This document shows, one piece after another, positions 9,670-19,686 of a DNA stretch of 64,000 nucleotides. Source of the DNA: Chloroflexota bacterium (GTDB lineage Bacteria > Chloroflexota > Limnocylindria > Limnocylindrales > CSP1-4); contig JAXDKU010000003.1 of NCBI GenBank assembly GCA_034667005.1, positions 920 to 64,919 on the forward strand. The letters are read 5' to 3'. The translations under genes were made by a program, and so were the position numbers. The first letter of the stretch is position 1. Every line of letters begins with the position of its first letter. The notes below the pieces were generated by a model. That model searched no databases and was not told the origin of the DNA. It saw only the letters and a list, made by a program, of their open reading frames with translations.

Positions 9670-10383
9670 TCAATCGGGGATAGGGCACCGGACGTTGGTG
9701 AACGGGAACGTCAGGATGTCGCCGATGTCGACGTCCTGATCGTGGCTGAAGGTCTGCCAGCGGTACGTGACGAGCGCGGACGTACGAGCCAAGAAGCTGC
9801 CGTCTGTCGTGACCGTCATGCAGGGCGCCGTGTGGGCGACGACGCGAATCGACCGTTCGGCGTGGGGTGGGAGCAGGAACGACGCGAAGGGCTGTGGATC
9901 GCGGATGCCGTCCTCGATCGACGGCGACAGCACCTGGACCGCATCGACGATGACGAGCGGTCCGTCTCCGAAGCTGACGCGGTCCACGTAGACCGGCAGC
10001 GACCCGGTGTTCGCAACGCTGAACTCGAACGCGTAGAGCTCACCGGGCTTGGGTTTCGCGACGCAATCGCTCTCCGGGAACAGCTGCGCGCAGACGAGCG
10101 GGTACCGACCCAGGTGGCCGGGCGCGAGCGGTTGCGTGGCGCCGTAGCCCAGGTCCACCGCTGACGCCGCCAGCACGATCACGGCGAAGAGGGCGAGGAT
10201 CGTGCCCCACCAGGGAAGGGGCCATCGGTCGCGGAGGCGCGGCCGCGCCACGGCCGGCTGCAACGGCGTGAACAGCGGCGAACCAGGTTCCCAGCTCAGC
10301 CGATCGTCCATGTCACGCCACCACATGCGATTTGTGACCGTGCCCCGGGCCGGAGCATAGGCGCCGGCCAGCTGGCTGTACAT
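9670..10383 (-). CDS. hypothetical membrane-anchored protein
   Basis: GC3-rich ORF with one predicted TM helix (ILALFAVIVLAASAV). No recognisable domain. Confidence 0.5.
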   Translation of the reverse strand: MYSQLAGAYAPARGTVTNRMWWRDMDDRLSWEPGSPLFTPLQPAVARPRLRDRWPLPWWGTILALFAVIVLAASAVDLGYGATQPLAPGHLGRYPLVCAQLFPESDCVAKPKPGELYAFEFSVANTGSLPVYVDRVSFGDGPLVIVDAVQVLSPSIEDGIRDPQPFASFLLPPHAERSIRVVAHTAPCMTVTTDGSFLARTSALVTYRWQTFSHDQDVDIGDILTFPFTNVRCPIPD

Positions 10384-10418
10384 GAAAACGTGCCGGTGTT
10401 TTGGTCAGCGCGGCGCCC

Positions 10419-10856
10419 CTACGCGCCGTCCGGCCCATCGCCGATGCGGTTCATCCGCTTCCGGATCGACCGGCGTTGCAATGGTTCGACCAACCGGACC
10501 AACGGCGACGGCAGGCAGCCGCCGCTTCCGTCTGACGTCAGGCCGACCCGAGTCCGCCTGCCGCCGTCAATCGACTGGAGCTCGTATCTCTGGGTGCTCC
10601 GTGTGCCCATCGCCATGAGCCCGGAGGTCGTGACCTGGATGACGACAAGGCCGGGTGGCTCGAAAGCCACGTACTCGACTCGGACGCGGAGCTGGTCCAT
10701 GGCCAGCACGGCCCAGGAGCCCGTCGTGATCGGGCCCGAGGACTGCTCGACGATCCGGCGCGGGCGGTTGGCGAGAATGGCGTTCCCGGGATCGGCCAGG
10801 TACGCCACGACGCGATCGCGCCGGACCTGGACCTCGAACACGGCATGTCCCTCCAC
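10419..10856 (-). CDS. putative SRPBCC-like small protein
   Basis: 145-aa ORF with strong GC3 bias and balanced composition. It lies in the ~500-bp region upstream of lysC. Confidence 0.45.
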   Translation of the reverse strand: MEGHAVFEVQVRRDRVVAYLADPGNAILANRPRRIVEQSSGPITTGSWAVLAMDQLRVRVEYVAFEPPGLVVIQVTTSGLMAMGTRSTQRYELQSIDGGRRTRVGLTSDGSGGCLPSPLVRLVEPLQRRSIRKRMNRIGDGPDGA

Positions 10857-10896
10857 GCCGCGATGGTATCGGCGCGCGCCCTACAATCCGCGCCGC

Positions 10897-12159
10897 ATGG
10901 CAACGCTCGTGGTCCAGAAGTACGGCGGCTCGTCCCTCGCGGACGCGGACCGGATCAAGCACGTCGCGCGGCGGATCGCTCGAGAGCGGGCCACGGGGGT
11001 GTCCCTGGTTGTCGTCGTCAGCGCGATGGGCGACACGACGGACCACTTGATCGAGATGGCGGCGCGAATCACCGATGAGCCCGACCCCCGGGAGATGGAC
11101 CTCCTGCTCGCCACGGGGGAGCACATGAGCGGCACGCTCGTCGCCATGGCGCTCCACGCCCAGGACGTGCCCGCCATCTCGCTGACGGGCGCCCAGGCCG
11201 GCATCCGCACCGACTCCGCGCATGGGCGCGCACGAATCGCGAACGTCGACCCCGCGCGGGTCCAGAGCGAGCTGGACGCGGGCCGGGTCGTGATCGTCGC
11301 GGGATTCCAGGGAGCCACGGACGAATCCCACGTCACGGGCGAGGTGACCACGCTGGGCCGGGGCGGCTCCGACACGACCGCCGTGGCGCTCGCGGCGCGG
11401 CTCGGCGCGTCGCGGTGCGAGATCTATACCGATGTCGAGGGCATCTTCACGTCGGACCCGCGGGTCGTGCAGGACGCGCGGCTCCTGCCGGTCATCGGGT
11501 ACGAGGAGATGCTCGAGATGGCGCAGCACGGCGCACAGGTGATGCAGACCCGCGCCGTAGAGCTGGGCTGGGTCAACGGCGTGGAGATCTGCGTCCGATC
11601 GACCTTCTCGGACCATCCCGGAACGCTGATCAAGGAGGACCCGGACGTGGAGCAGCGCAACAAGGTGCGCGGAGTGGCGCTGGAGCGGAGGGTCGCCAAG
11701 CTGACGCTGGTACAGGTCCCCGATCGGCCGGGAATCGCCAGGCAGGTGTTCGAGCCGCTCGCGGAAGCCGGCATCAACGTGGACATGATCGTGCAGAACG
11801 TGGGCCACGCCGGGTTCACCGACCTGTCCTTCACCGTGCCCGAGACCGATCTGGCGCGCGCCCGCCGCATGCTCGATCCGCTCGTCCGGGAGATGGGCGC
11901 GCGGGAGCTGACCACGGATTCGTCGGTTGCGAAGGTGTCCGTGGTGGGGGCGGGGATCCAGAACGCGCCGGGCTATGCGGCGCGCATGTTCGGGGCGCTG
12001 GCGGACGCCGGCGTGAACATCGAGATGATCTCGACCTCGGAGATCCGCATCACCTGCATCATCGCGGAGGACCAGCTCGAGCTGGCCGCGCGGGCGCTCC
12101 ACACGGCGTTCAAGCTGGAGCAGCCCGACAGCGGCGTGCTGGCGGCGGCCGTCGGCTAG
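10897..12159 (+). CDS. lysC: aspartate kinase
   Basis: VVQKYGGSSL and VVVVSAMGDTTD motifs plus C-terminal ACT domains. ATG at 10897. Confidence 0.9.
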   Translation: MATLVVQKYGGSSLADADRIKHVARRIARERATGVSLVVVVSAMGDTTDHLIEMAARITDEPDPREMDLLLATGEHMSGTLVAMALHAQDVPAISLTGAQAGIRTDSAHGRARIANVDPARVQSELDAGRVVIVAGFQGATDESHVTGEVTTLGRGGSDTTAVALAARLGASRCEIYTDVEGIFTSDPRVVQDARLLPVIGYEEMLEMAQHGAQVMQTRAVELGWVNGVEICVRSTFSDHPGTLIKEDPDVEQRNKVRGVALERRVAKLTLVQVPDRPGIARQVFEPLAEAGINVDMIVQNVGHAGFTDLSFTVPETDLARARRMLDPLVREMGARELTTDSSVAKVSVVGAGIQNAPGYAARMFGALADAGVNIEMISTSEIRITCIIAEDQLELAARALHTAFKLEQPDSGVLAAAVG

Positions 12160-12440
12160 AAGCGCCAGCGAGGGCGATGGTGCGTCAATCGATGTCTATG
12201 GTCCACCGGTGGAACCGTATCCACGATGGTTGCAGCGGCGGGCGGTCGGAGCACGCCTGTCGCGGGGCATCGCATGCCGATCCGAGCGTGGGACGGTTGC
12301 CTCCTGCCATCGCGAGGAGCGCGGTGCGCCGGGACGGGGACGCTCATCGTGGATACGGTGCTGCCAGTGGTCGTTAGACCGAAACACTGGACCCGGCATC
12401 ACGTCGGGATCGGCGAAGCCCATGAATCGGATCGCTCGGG

Positions 12441-13262
12441 ATGATGGCGAGGCCTGACGCGTTTCTGTCGCGCCTGGAGCGGTTCGGCTCCATCGAATCG
12501 ACACAGCCGGTCGTGCGCGAGTGGCTCGAGGCCGGTGTGCCGGAGGTGGCCGTGGCGGTCGCCGACGAGCAGACGATGGGGCGTGGTCGCCAGGGACGCG
12601 GCTGGAGCGCGCCTCCGGGGACGGCGCTCCTGGCGTCGGCCGGCTTCCGGCCGCAGAACATCCAGCTCGGCCACGCGTGGCGGCTGGCGGCAATCGTGGC
12701 CCTGGCGATGGCCGATGCCGCCGAGGAGGTCGCCGGACTCAAGGACGCGACCATCTGGCTCAAGTGGCCCAACGACCTGGTCGCCGACGCCCCAGACGGC
12801 CGCCTCGTGAAGCTTGCGGGCGTCCTCGGTGAGAGCACCAGTGACGGCGCGAGCGGCCTGGTGACCACGGCGATCATCGGGATCGGCATCAACGCCGACT
12901 GGCCGGCCGGCGCGTTTCCGCCCGAGCTGCGCGACTCGATGACCAGCCTCCGCGAGCTGTTGGGCGGCCGGCCCATCGACCGCGACGCGCTCCTCGACGC
13001 GTGGCTTGCGCGCCTGGAACCCCGTTACGAGGCGCTCCGCGACGGCCACTTCGACGCCGGGGGCTGGACCGCGCGGCAGCGCACCACGGGGCACGGCGTG
13101 GAGGTGGACACGGGCGGGTCGATCCTCACCGGGACGGGCGTCGGCGTGGACCCGGAGAGCGGCGCGCTCCTGGTCCGTGGCCGCGACGGTGCCACGCAGC
13201 CGGTTGGCTCCGGCGAGGTTGTGCGGTGCCGGGTGATGACCGGCAACCTCAGCTGGCGATGA
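12441..13262 (+). CDS. birA: biotin--[acetyl-CoA-carboxylase] ligase
   Basis: GRGRQGRGW biotin-binding loop with the BPL fold pattern. Confidence 0.83.
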   Translation: MMARPDAFLSRLERFGSIESTQPVVREWLEAGVPEVAVAVADEQTMGRGRQGRGWSAPPGTALLASAGFRPQNIQLGHAWRLAAIVALAMADAAEEVAGLKDATIWLKWPNDLVADAPDGRLVKLAGVLGESTSDGASGLVTTAIIGIGINADWPAGAFPPELRDSMTSLRELLGGRPIDRDALLDAWLARLEPRYEALRDGHFDAGGWTARQRTTGHGVEVDTGGSILTGTGVGVDPESGALLVRGRDGATQPVGSGEVVRCRVMTGNLSWR

Positions 13263-13366
13263 CGCGCGGCTGCCATGCCGTCACGATACGGAGACCCTGA
13301 GCTCCCAGTGATCTCGCGCCTCCCCCGCTGGTTCGAGCGCACACCTGTAACGACTAGACTGCGGCG

Positions 13367-13990
13367 GTGTTTGAGAAGGGGAGGGACCGGGATGCTGCGC
13401 GGCCGATCCCGTTCGACGCCGACCGCCCTGCCGTGGAGGCGGCCCGCAGAGATCCGCGTCGCTTCGAGGCGCTCTACCGCAAGTACGTGGCCCAGATCTA
13501 CAGCTATGCGCTCTACGAGACGCGCGACCACCATGCCGCCGAGGACCTGACCGAGCAGGTCTTTCTGAACGCCCTGCGCGCCCTGCCGCGCTTCCGGGAG
13601 GGCGGCCTTGACGAAGGGAGCACCTTCCGCGTCTGGCTATTCCGGATCGCGCGAAACGCGCTGTCGAACGCCCGCCGGACCGAGCGCCGCCATCCCCAGG
13701 CGCCGCTGGAGCTGGCCGCACAGGTGGCCGCCGCCGACGACCCGGCCCGGAGCGCCGTCGAGCGCGACGAGGTCGCCCGGGCGTGGCGCGCCATCGAGCG
13801 CCTGCCGCAGGAGCGCCGCCGCGCCTTGGTGCTGCGTTTCGTGGAGGAGATGAGCGCGCGGGAGATCGGCGCCGTCCTCGGCAGGACCGAGGGTGCGGTG
13901 CGGGTCCTGATCCATCGCGCGCTCCGCTCCGTCGCCGAGGACCTCGGGCACGAGGAGGCGGCCGAGCGCCGGCACTGGTGGAGCCGGTGA
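13367..13990 (+). CDS. ECF-family RNA polymerase sigma factor
   Basis: Region 2 (FRVWLFRIARNALSN) and region 4 HTH (LRFVEEMSAREIGAVLGRTEGAVRVLIHRAL). Confidence 0.85.
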   Translation: MFEKGRDRDAARPIPFDADRPAVEAARRDPRRFEALYRKYVAQIYSYALYETRDHHAAEDLTEQVFLNALRALPRFREGGLDEGSTFRVWLFRIARNALSNARRTERRHPQAPLELAAQVAAADDPARSAVERDEVARAWRAIERLPQERRRALVLRFVEEMSAREIGAVLGRTEGAVRVLIHRALRSVAEDLGHEEAAERRHWWSR

Positions 13991-14424
13991 CGGCTGCCGA
14001 GGACGGAGCCTTCCAGGTCGACGCCTACCTCGACCAGCTCCTCGGGGCAGGAGCCCCCCGCCCGCGCGACCTGGCGACGGACGATGAGCTCGACGCCGAG
14101 CTGGAGCGGACGGTCGGCCTGGTGCATCGAGCCCTGGCTCGCTTTCACCCATCGTTCGCATTCGAGGAGCGCCTGGCGGTCAGGCTCCGGGGCGATGCCG
14201 ACGCCCCGTTTGCCGGTGACGTCCTCGACTTCCGGGTCGTGCCGTTTGCCGCGCCGACGGCTGCCGAGCGCCGCGCTCGGGGCTTGCTCGTCGGCGGGGC
14301 CATTGCTTCGGGCGTCTCGATCGCGAGCGTCTCGCTGGCCGGAGCCGCCATCCTCGTCCGGCGTCGCGCCCGGCCGCAGCTCCGCGCCTCGCGCCTTCGG
14401 CACCGCGCGGAGGTCAGCCTCTGA
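13987..14424 (+). CDS. putative anti-sigma factor (C-terminal TM anchor)
   Basis: The GTG overlaps the sigma stop (GTGA). Small protein with a C-terminal hydrophobic helix (LLVGGAIASGVSIASVSLAGAAILV). Typical gene-pair arrangement. Confidence 0.5.
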   Translation: MTAAEDGAFQVDAYLDQLLGAGAPRPRDLATDDELDAELERTVGLVHRALARFHPSFAFEERLAVRLRGDADAPFAGDVLDFRVVPFAAPTAAERRARGLLVGGAIASGVSIASVSLAGAAILVRRRARPQLRASRLRHRAEVSL

Positions 14425-15390
14425 TGCCGATCAAGCTGCCGTTCCGCCAGCGCCGCGACGAGTTCCCGCCGGACCTCTGGACGCAGTGCCCCAACTGCCG
14501 CGAGATGCTCTACAACAAGCAGCTCGACAAGAGCTTCCGCGTCTGCTCGAAGTGCGGCCACCATCTCCGGCTGCGCGTCGACGCGAGGCTGCGCCTGCTG
14601 CTCGACGCCGACAGCTTCGAGGAGCGCGACGCCGGGCTGGAGTCGCTCGATCCACTGGGTTTCGTGGACACCAAGCCGTACCCGGACCGCCTCGCTGCCG
14701 CGCGGGTCACGACCGGCATCCGGGACGCCGCGGTATGGGGGTTCGGCACGATCCAGGGCACCCGCGTGGCCATCTGCGTCATGGACTTTGCCTTCATGGG
14801 CGGCTCGATGGGCTCGGTCGTCGGCGAGAAGGTCGCCCGAGCGGCCGAGGCCGCCCGCAGCGAGCGCGTCCCGCTCATCGTCGTGAGCGCCTCCGGTGGC
14901 GCCCGCATGCAGGAGGGCACGCTGGCCCTGATGCAGCTCGCAAAGACGGTTGCCGCGCTCGAGCGGCTGGGGCACGCCGGCGTCCCGTTCATCAGCGTGT
15001 TGACCGACCCGACCACGGGCGGCGTCTTTGCCTCCTTCGCCGCGCTCGGGGATGTGAATCTGGCCGAGCCGGAAGCACTCATCGGGTTTGCGGGTGCGCG
15101 CGTGGCCGCCGGCACGACCGGAGAGGCGCTGCCGGAGGGCTTCCAGCGTGCCGAGTTCGTCTACTCGCACGGGCTCGTCGATCAGGTGGTGCCTCGACCC
15201 GAGCTGCGGGCACGCATCGCCACGCTCTTGTCCCACCTGCGCCCCGCACCGCAGCCGCACCGTGACGAGAGCGCCGGCAACGGCCGCGTGCTGCGGCCGC
15301 TGGCGTTCCTCGAGGGCCTCGTCGACCGCGAGCCCGCCCCACGGCCTGCCCAGACCGTCCTCGAGATCTCGCCCGAGCTGGAGCCGGCCC

Positions 15391-15398
<8 letters not shown>
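14424..15398 (+). CDS. accD: acetyl-CoA carboxylase carboxyltransferase subunit beta
   Basis: N-terminal C4 zinc ribbon (CPNCREMLY...CSKCGHH) and a carboxyltransferase domain. The ATG overlaps the anti-sigma stop. Confidence 0.9.
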
Positions 15399-16404
<1,006 letters not shown>

Positions 16405-16405
16405 G

Positions 16406-17047
16406 ATGCCCGACGAACCCGGCGGCGCGATCGCCGGCACGGCGCCCGCGTCAGACCCCGTCTCCACGGCGTCCGCGTCGGGGTCTTCATCGTCCTCCGG
16501 CGCGGGCGCGATCGCCCTGGTCGCGGAGCGCGTGGTGCCGGCGCTCATCGCGAAGCTCTCGGCCAGCGACCTCGGGGAGCTGGAGGTCTCGGAGAGCGGG
16601 TGGCGCGTCCGGCTGCGCAAGGACCTGTCGGCCGGTGCGCCCGGGGACGGCGGCGCGCGATCCGGGAGCGGCGGCCGCGGCGCAGCGACACATGGCGCGG
16701 GCGCGCATGCCGGCCACGTGGGCGGTGCTGCCACAGGCAGCGCCTCGGCGGGCTCGTCGGGAGCAGCAGGCACCGGCGCGGGTGCCGCGGGACGAAGCGC
16801 GGTCGTTCGCCGCGCGGCGGAGTCCCCGGCTGTCGGCTACTTCACGCCGCGCGACGGGCTGGCAACCGGCCAGGCGGTGCGCTCCGGCGACGTGCTCGGC
16901 ACGGTGAACGTGCTCGGTGTGCCCCAGCAGGTCGTCGCCCCCGGCGACGGGGTGGTCGGGCGGTTGCTCGCCGCCGCGGGAGAGGCCGTGGAGTACGGCC
17001 AGGAGCTCGTCCGCATCGACGGCATCGAACGGGCGGTCGACGGCTGA
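16406..17047 (+). CDS. BCCP-like protein lacking the biotinyl-lysine (biotin/lipoyl-attachment-like domain)
   Basis: The C-terminal ~70 aa align with the genuine AccB at 20957, but the EAMK motif is replaced by NVLGV, so there is no Lys. It occupies the canonical accB slot immediately upstream of accC. Confidence 0.7.
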   Translation: MPDEPGGAIAGTAPASDPVSTASASGSSSSSGAGAIALVAERVVPALIAKLSASDLGELEVSESGWRVRLRKDLSAGAPGDGGARSGSGGRGAATHGAGAHAGHVGGAATGSASAGSSGAAGTGAGAAGRSAVVRRAAESPAVGYFTPRDGLATGQAVRSGDVLGTVNVLGVPQQVVAPGDGVVGRLLAAAGEAVEYGQELVRIDGIERAVDG

Positions 17048-18411
17048 TGTTCGGCCGCGTCCTGATCGCGAACCGGGGTGAGATCGCGGTCCGCATCCTG
17101 CGTGCCTGCCGCACGCTCGGGATCACTTCGGTCGTCGCTTACAGCGAGGCGGACCGCGACACGCTGGCGGTCCAGCTCGCCGACGAGGCGATCTGCGTCG
17201 GGCCCGCGGAGTCGGCACGCAGCTACCTGTCGGCGTCGTCGATCCTGTCCGCCGCGATCGTCACCGGTTGCGAGGCGATCCACCCCGGCTACGGCTTCCT
17301 CTCCGAGGACGACTCGTTCGCCGAGATGACGCGCGCCCACGGGCTGACGTTCATCGGGCCGCCGCCCGAGGTGCTCGAACGGTTCGCGTCGAAGGCGGGC
17401 ACGCGGGAGCTGCTCGCGCGCCACGGCCTCCCGACGATCCCCGGCTCCGAGGGGATGCTGCGCGACGACGATCACGCGCTGGCCGAGGCGGAGCGCATCG
17501 GCTACCCGGTGCTGATCAAGCCGTCGGCAGGAGGCGGTGGACGCGGCATGCGCATGGTCCGCTCGCCGCGCGAGCTCCAGCAGGCCATCACGATCTGCCG
17601 CTCCGAGGCTCGCGCTGCGTTCGGCGACGACTCCCTCTACCTCGAGAAGTGGCTGGAGGAGAACCGCCACGTCGAGGTCCAGGTCATCGTCGACCGCTAC
17701 GGCGCGGGCGTCCACGTGGGCGAGCGGGACTGCTCCGTCCAGCGGCGCCACCAGAAGATCGTGGAGGAGGCGCCCAGCCCGGCCATCGACGAGGCCACGC
17801 GATCCGCGCTGGCCGTGAGCGCCGTCCGGGCGGTGGTCGCGGCCGGCTACGAGAACCTGGGCACGCTCGAGTTCCTGGTCGACACGCAGGGCCGCTACTA
17901 CTTCATCGAGATCAACTGCCGGATCCAGGTGGAGCACCCCATCACCGAGATGCTGTCCGGGATCGACCTGGTGGTCGAGCAGATCCGCATTGCCGCGGGG
18001 CAGCCGCTCGGCTACACGCAGGCGGACATCCAGTTGCGCGGCCACGCCATCGAGTTCCGCATCAACGCCGAGGACGTGCGCAACGATTTCCGGCCGCAGG
18101 CCGGCGTCGTCGAGCGCTACCTGCCTCCCGGCGGCCCGGGTGTCAGGATGGACAGCCACCTGTACAGCGGGTACGAGGTGCCGCCCTACTACGATTCGCT
18201 GCTCGGCAAGCTCGTCGTCTGGGGTCCCGACCGGCAGGTCGCGATCGCCCGGGGACGAGTCGCGCTCGAAGAGCTGGTGCTCGAGGGGCTCACGACCAAC
18301 GTGGAGTTCCACAGGGCCCTGCTCGGAAACGAGGCGTTCCTCGAGGGCGCCTTCACCACCAACCTGATCGACCGGGTCGGCAGCGCGGCGTTCCTCGCCG
18401 CAGCCGGCTGA
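17047..18411 (+). CDS. accC: acetyl-CoA carboxylase biotin carboxylase subunit
   Basis: ATP-grasp biotin carboxylase (RVLIANRGEIAVRI, EMNTRIQVEHP-like INCRIQVEHP). Confidence 0.9.
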   Translation: MFGRVLIANRGEIAVRILRACRTLGITSVVAYSEADRDTLAVQLADEAICVGPAESARSYLSASSILSAAIVTGCEAIHPGYGFLSEDDSFAEMTRAHGLTFIGPPPEVLERFASKAGTRELLARHGLPTIPGSEGMLRDDDHALAEAERIGYPVLIKPSAGGGGRGMRMVRSPRELQQAITICRSEARAAFGDDSLYLEKWLEENRHVEVQVIVDRYGAGVHVGERDCSVQRRHQKIVEEAPSPAIDEATRSALAVSAVRAVVAAGYENLGTLEFLVDTQGRYYFIEINCRIQVEHPITEMLSGIDLVVEQIRIAAGQPLGYTQADIQLRGHAIEFRINAEDVRNDFRPQAGVVERYLPPGGPGVRMDSHLYSGYEVPPYYDSLLGKLVVWGPDRQVAIARGRVALEELVLEGLTTNVEFHRALLGNEAFLEGAFTTNLIDRVGSAAFLAAAG

Positions 18412-18439
18412 CGTCAGCCCACGAGGCCAGAGGAGGCCA

Positions 18440-18940
18440 ATGACCGACACAGACGCCCCCAGCGCCAGATCAGCCGCGCCCGCACCCGGCCGCGCGCTCC
18501 TGACGACCGCCGAGATCCAGGCGATCATTCCGCACCGCTGGCCCTTTCTGCTCGTCGACCGCGTCGTCGAGGAGGACCGCGAGCGCGGCTACATGCGCGC
18601 GGAGAAGGGTGTGACGGCCTCGGAGTGGTTCTTCCAGGGCCACTTCCCGGGGCTGCCGGTCGTCCCAGGCGTGATCCAGGTGGAGGCGCTGGCCCAGACG
18701 ATGGCCGTCTACGTGGCGCGCGAGCCGGGGATGGGCGATCGGATCGGCCTGTTCGCCGGCATCGAGGAGTGCCGCTTCAAGCGGATCGTCCAGCCGGGCG
18801 ATCGACTGACCCTGGAGATCACCATGGAGAAGCTCGGCCGCCGCTTCGGCAAGGGCCGCGCCGTCGCGTCCGTCGACGGTGAGGTGGCCTGCGAGGCGCT
18901 GCTGTCGTTCGTCATCCCGCCGGAAGGCGCGCTCCGTTGA
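18440..18940 (+). CDS. fabZ: 3-hydroxyacyl-ACP dehydratase
   Basis: Hot-dog fold with FFQGHFPGLPVVPGVIQVEALAQ. AGGAGG RBS 4 nt upstream. Confidence 0.88.
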   Translation: MTDTDAPSARSAAPAPGRALLTTAEIQAIIPHRWPFLLVDRVVEEDRERGYMRAEKGVTASEWFFQGHFPGLPVVPGVIQVEALAQTMAVYVAREPGMGDRIGLFAGIEECRFKRIVQPGDRLTLEITMEKLGRRFGKGRAVASVDGEVACEALLSFVIPPEGALR

Positions 18941-19686
18941 CCACGCTTCGCGTCGCCGTCCTCGGCGACATCCACGGCAACGTTGCGGCCCTGGAGGCCG
19001 CGCTGAAGGACATCGCGCCGCACAAGCCGGATCGCATCCTCGTCACCGGTGACCTGGTGCTCAACGGGCCGCGACCGGTCGAGGCGCTGGACCGGGTGCG
19101 CGAGCTGGAGGCGGCCGGCGCGTTCGTCATCCAGGGCAACACCGACGTGGCGGTCGCGGACGGCGACTACGCGGCAGCCTTCCCGTGGCTGGACGAGGTT
19201 CCCGCCTCGCAGCGTGCCGCCGCCGAGTGGGCGCGGGAGCAGCTCTCCGAGGACCAGCTCGACTACCTGCGGCGGCTTCCGGCAGAGCGCCGCCTTCTGA
19301 CCGAGGACGATCTGGTGCTGGTGTGCCACGGCTCGCCGGGAAGCCAGACCCTGGGGCTGCCGCCCGACCTCGATCCCTCGGTCACGGTGGAGCGTGTGAC
19401 GCGCACCGATGCGCGCGTCATCTGCTGCGGGCACACGCACGTCTCGGACGTCCGTGAGCTCGGGCGCAAGCTGATCGTGAACCCGGGCTCCTGCGGCTAC
19501 GCCTTCGACGGTGAGCCGTCCGCGTGCTGGGCGATGGTCACGGTCGATCCCGAGGATGGCCCGACGGCCCAGCTGTACCGGCCCGCCTACGACGCCCAGA
19601 CGGCGTCCGAGGAGGTCAGCGCTCGAGGGCTGCCGGGCGACGTCTATCGAGCGGCCACGATCCGTACGGGCCGCTTCATCCGATGA
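18937..19686 (+). CDS. metallophosphoesterase (calcineurin-like)
   Basis: GDIHGN, GDLVLNGP and GHTHV motifs. A TTG start overlaps the fabZ stop. Embedded in the fab cluster. Confidence 0.72.
   Translation: MTTLRVAVLGDIHGNVAALEAALKDIAPHKPDRILVTGDLVLNGPRPVEALDRVRELEAAGAFVIQGNTDVAVADGDYAAAFPWLDEVPASQRAAAEWAREQLSEDQLDYLRRLPAERRLLTEDDLVLVCHGSPGSQTLGLPPDLDPSVTVERVTRTDARVICCGHTHVSDVRELGRKLIVNPGSCGYAFDGEPSACWAMVTVDPEDGPTAQLYRPAYDAQTASEEVSARGLPGDVYRAATIRTGRFIR

Noticed and set aside
10567-12102. 511-aa minus ORF antisense to lysC
   Set aside because: It is entirely antisense to aspartate kinase, with R/H/G-rich junk translation.
16406-17047. Lys-less BCCP-like ORF as a sequencing error of accB
   Set aside because: The whole EAMK neighbourhood is diverged (NVLGV), not a single-base change. 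A separate intact accB exists at 20957.
16837-18528. 563-aa minus ORF antisense to accC/fabZ
   Set aside because: It is antisense to biotin carboxylase, with low-complexity translation.
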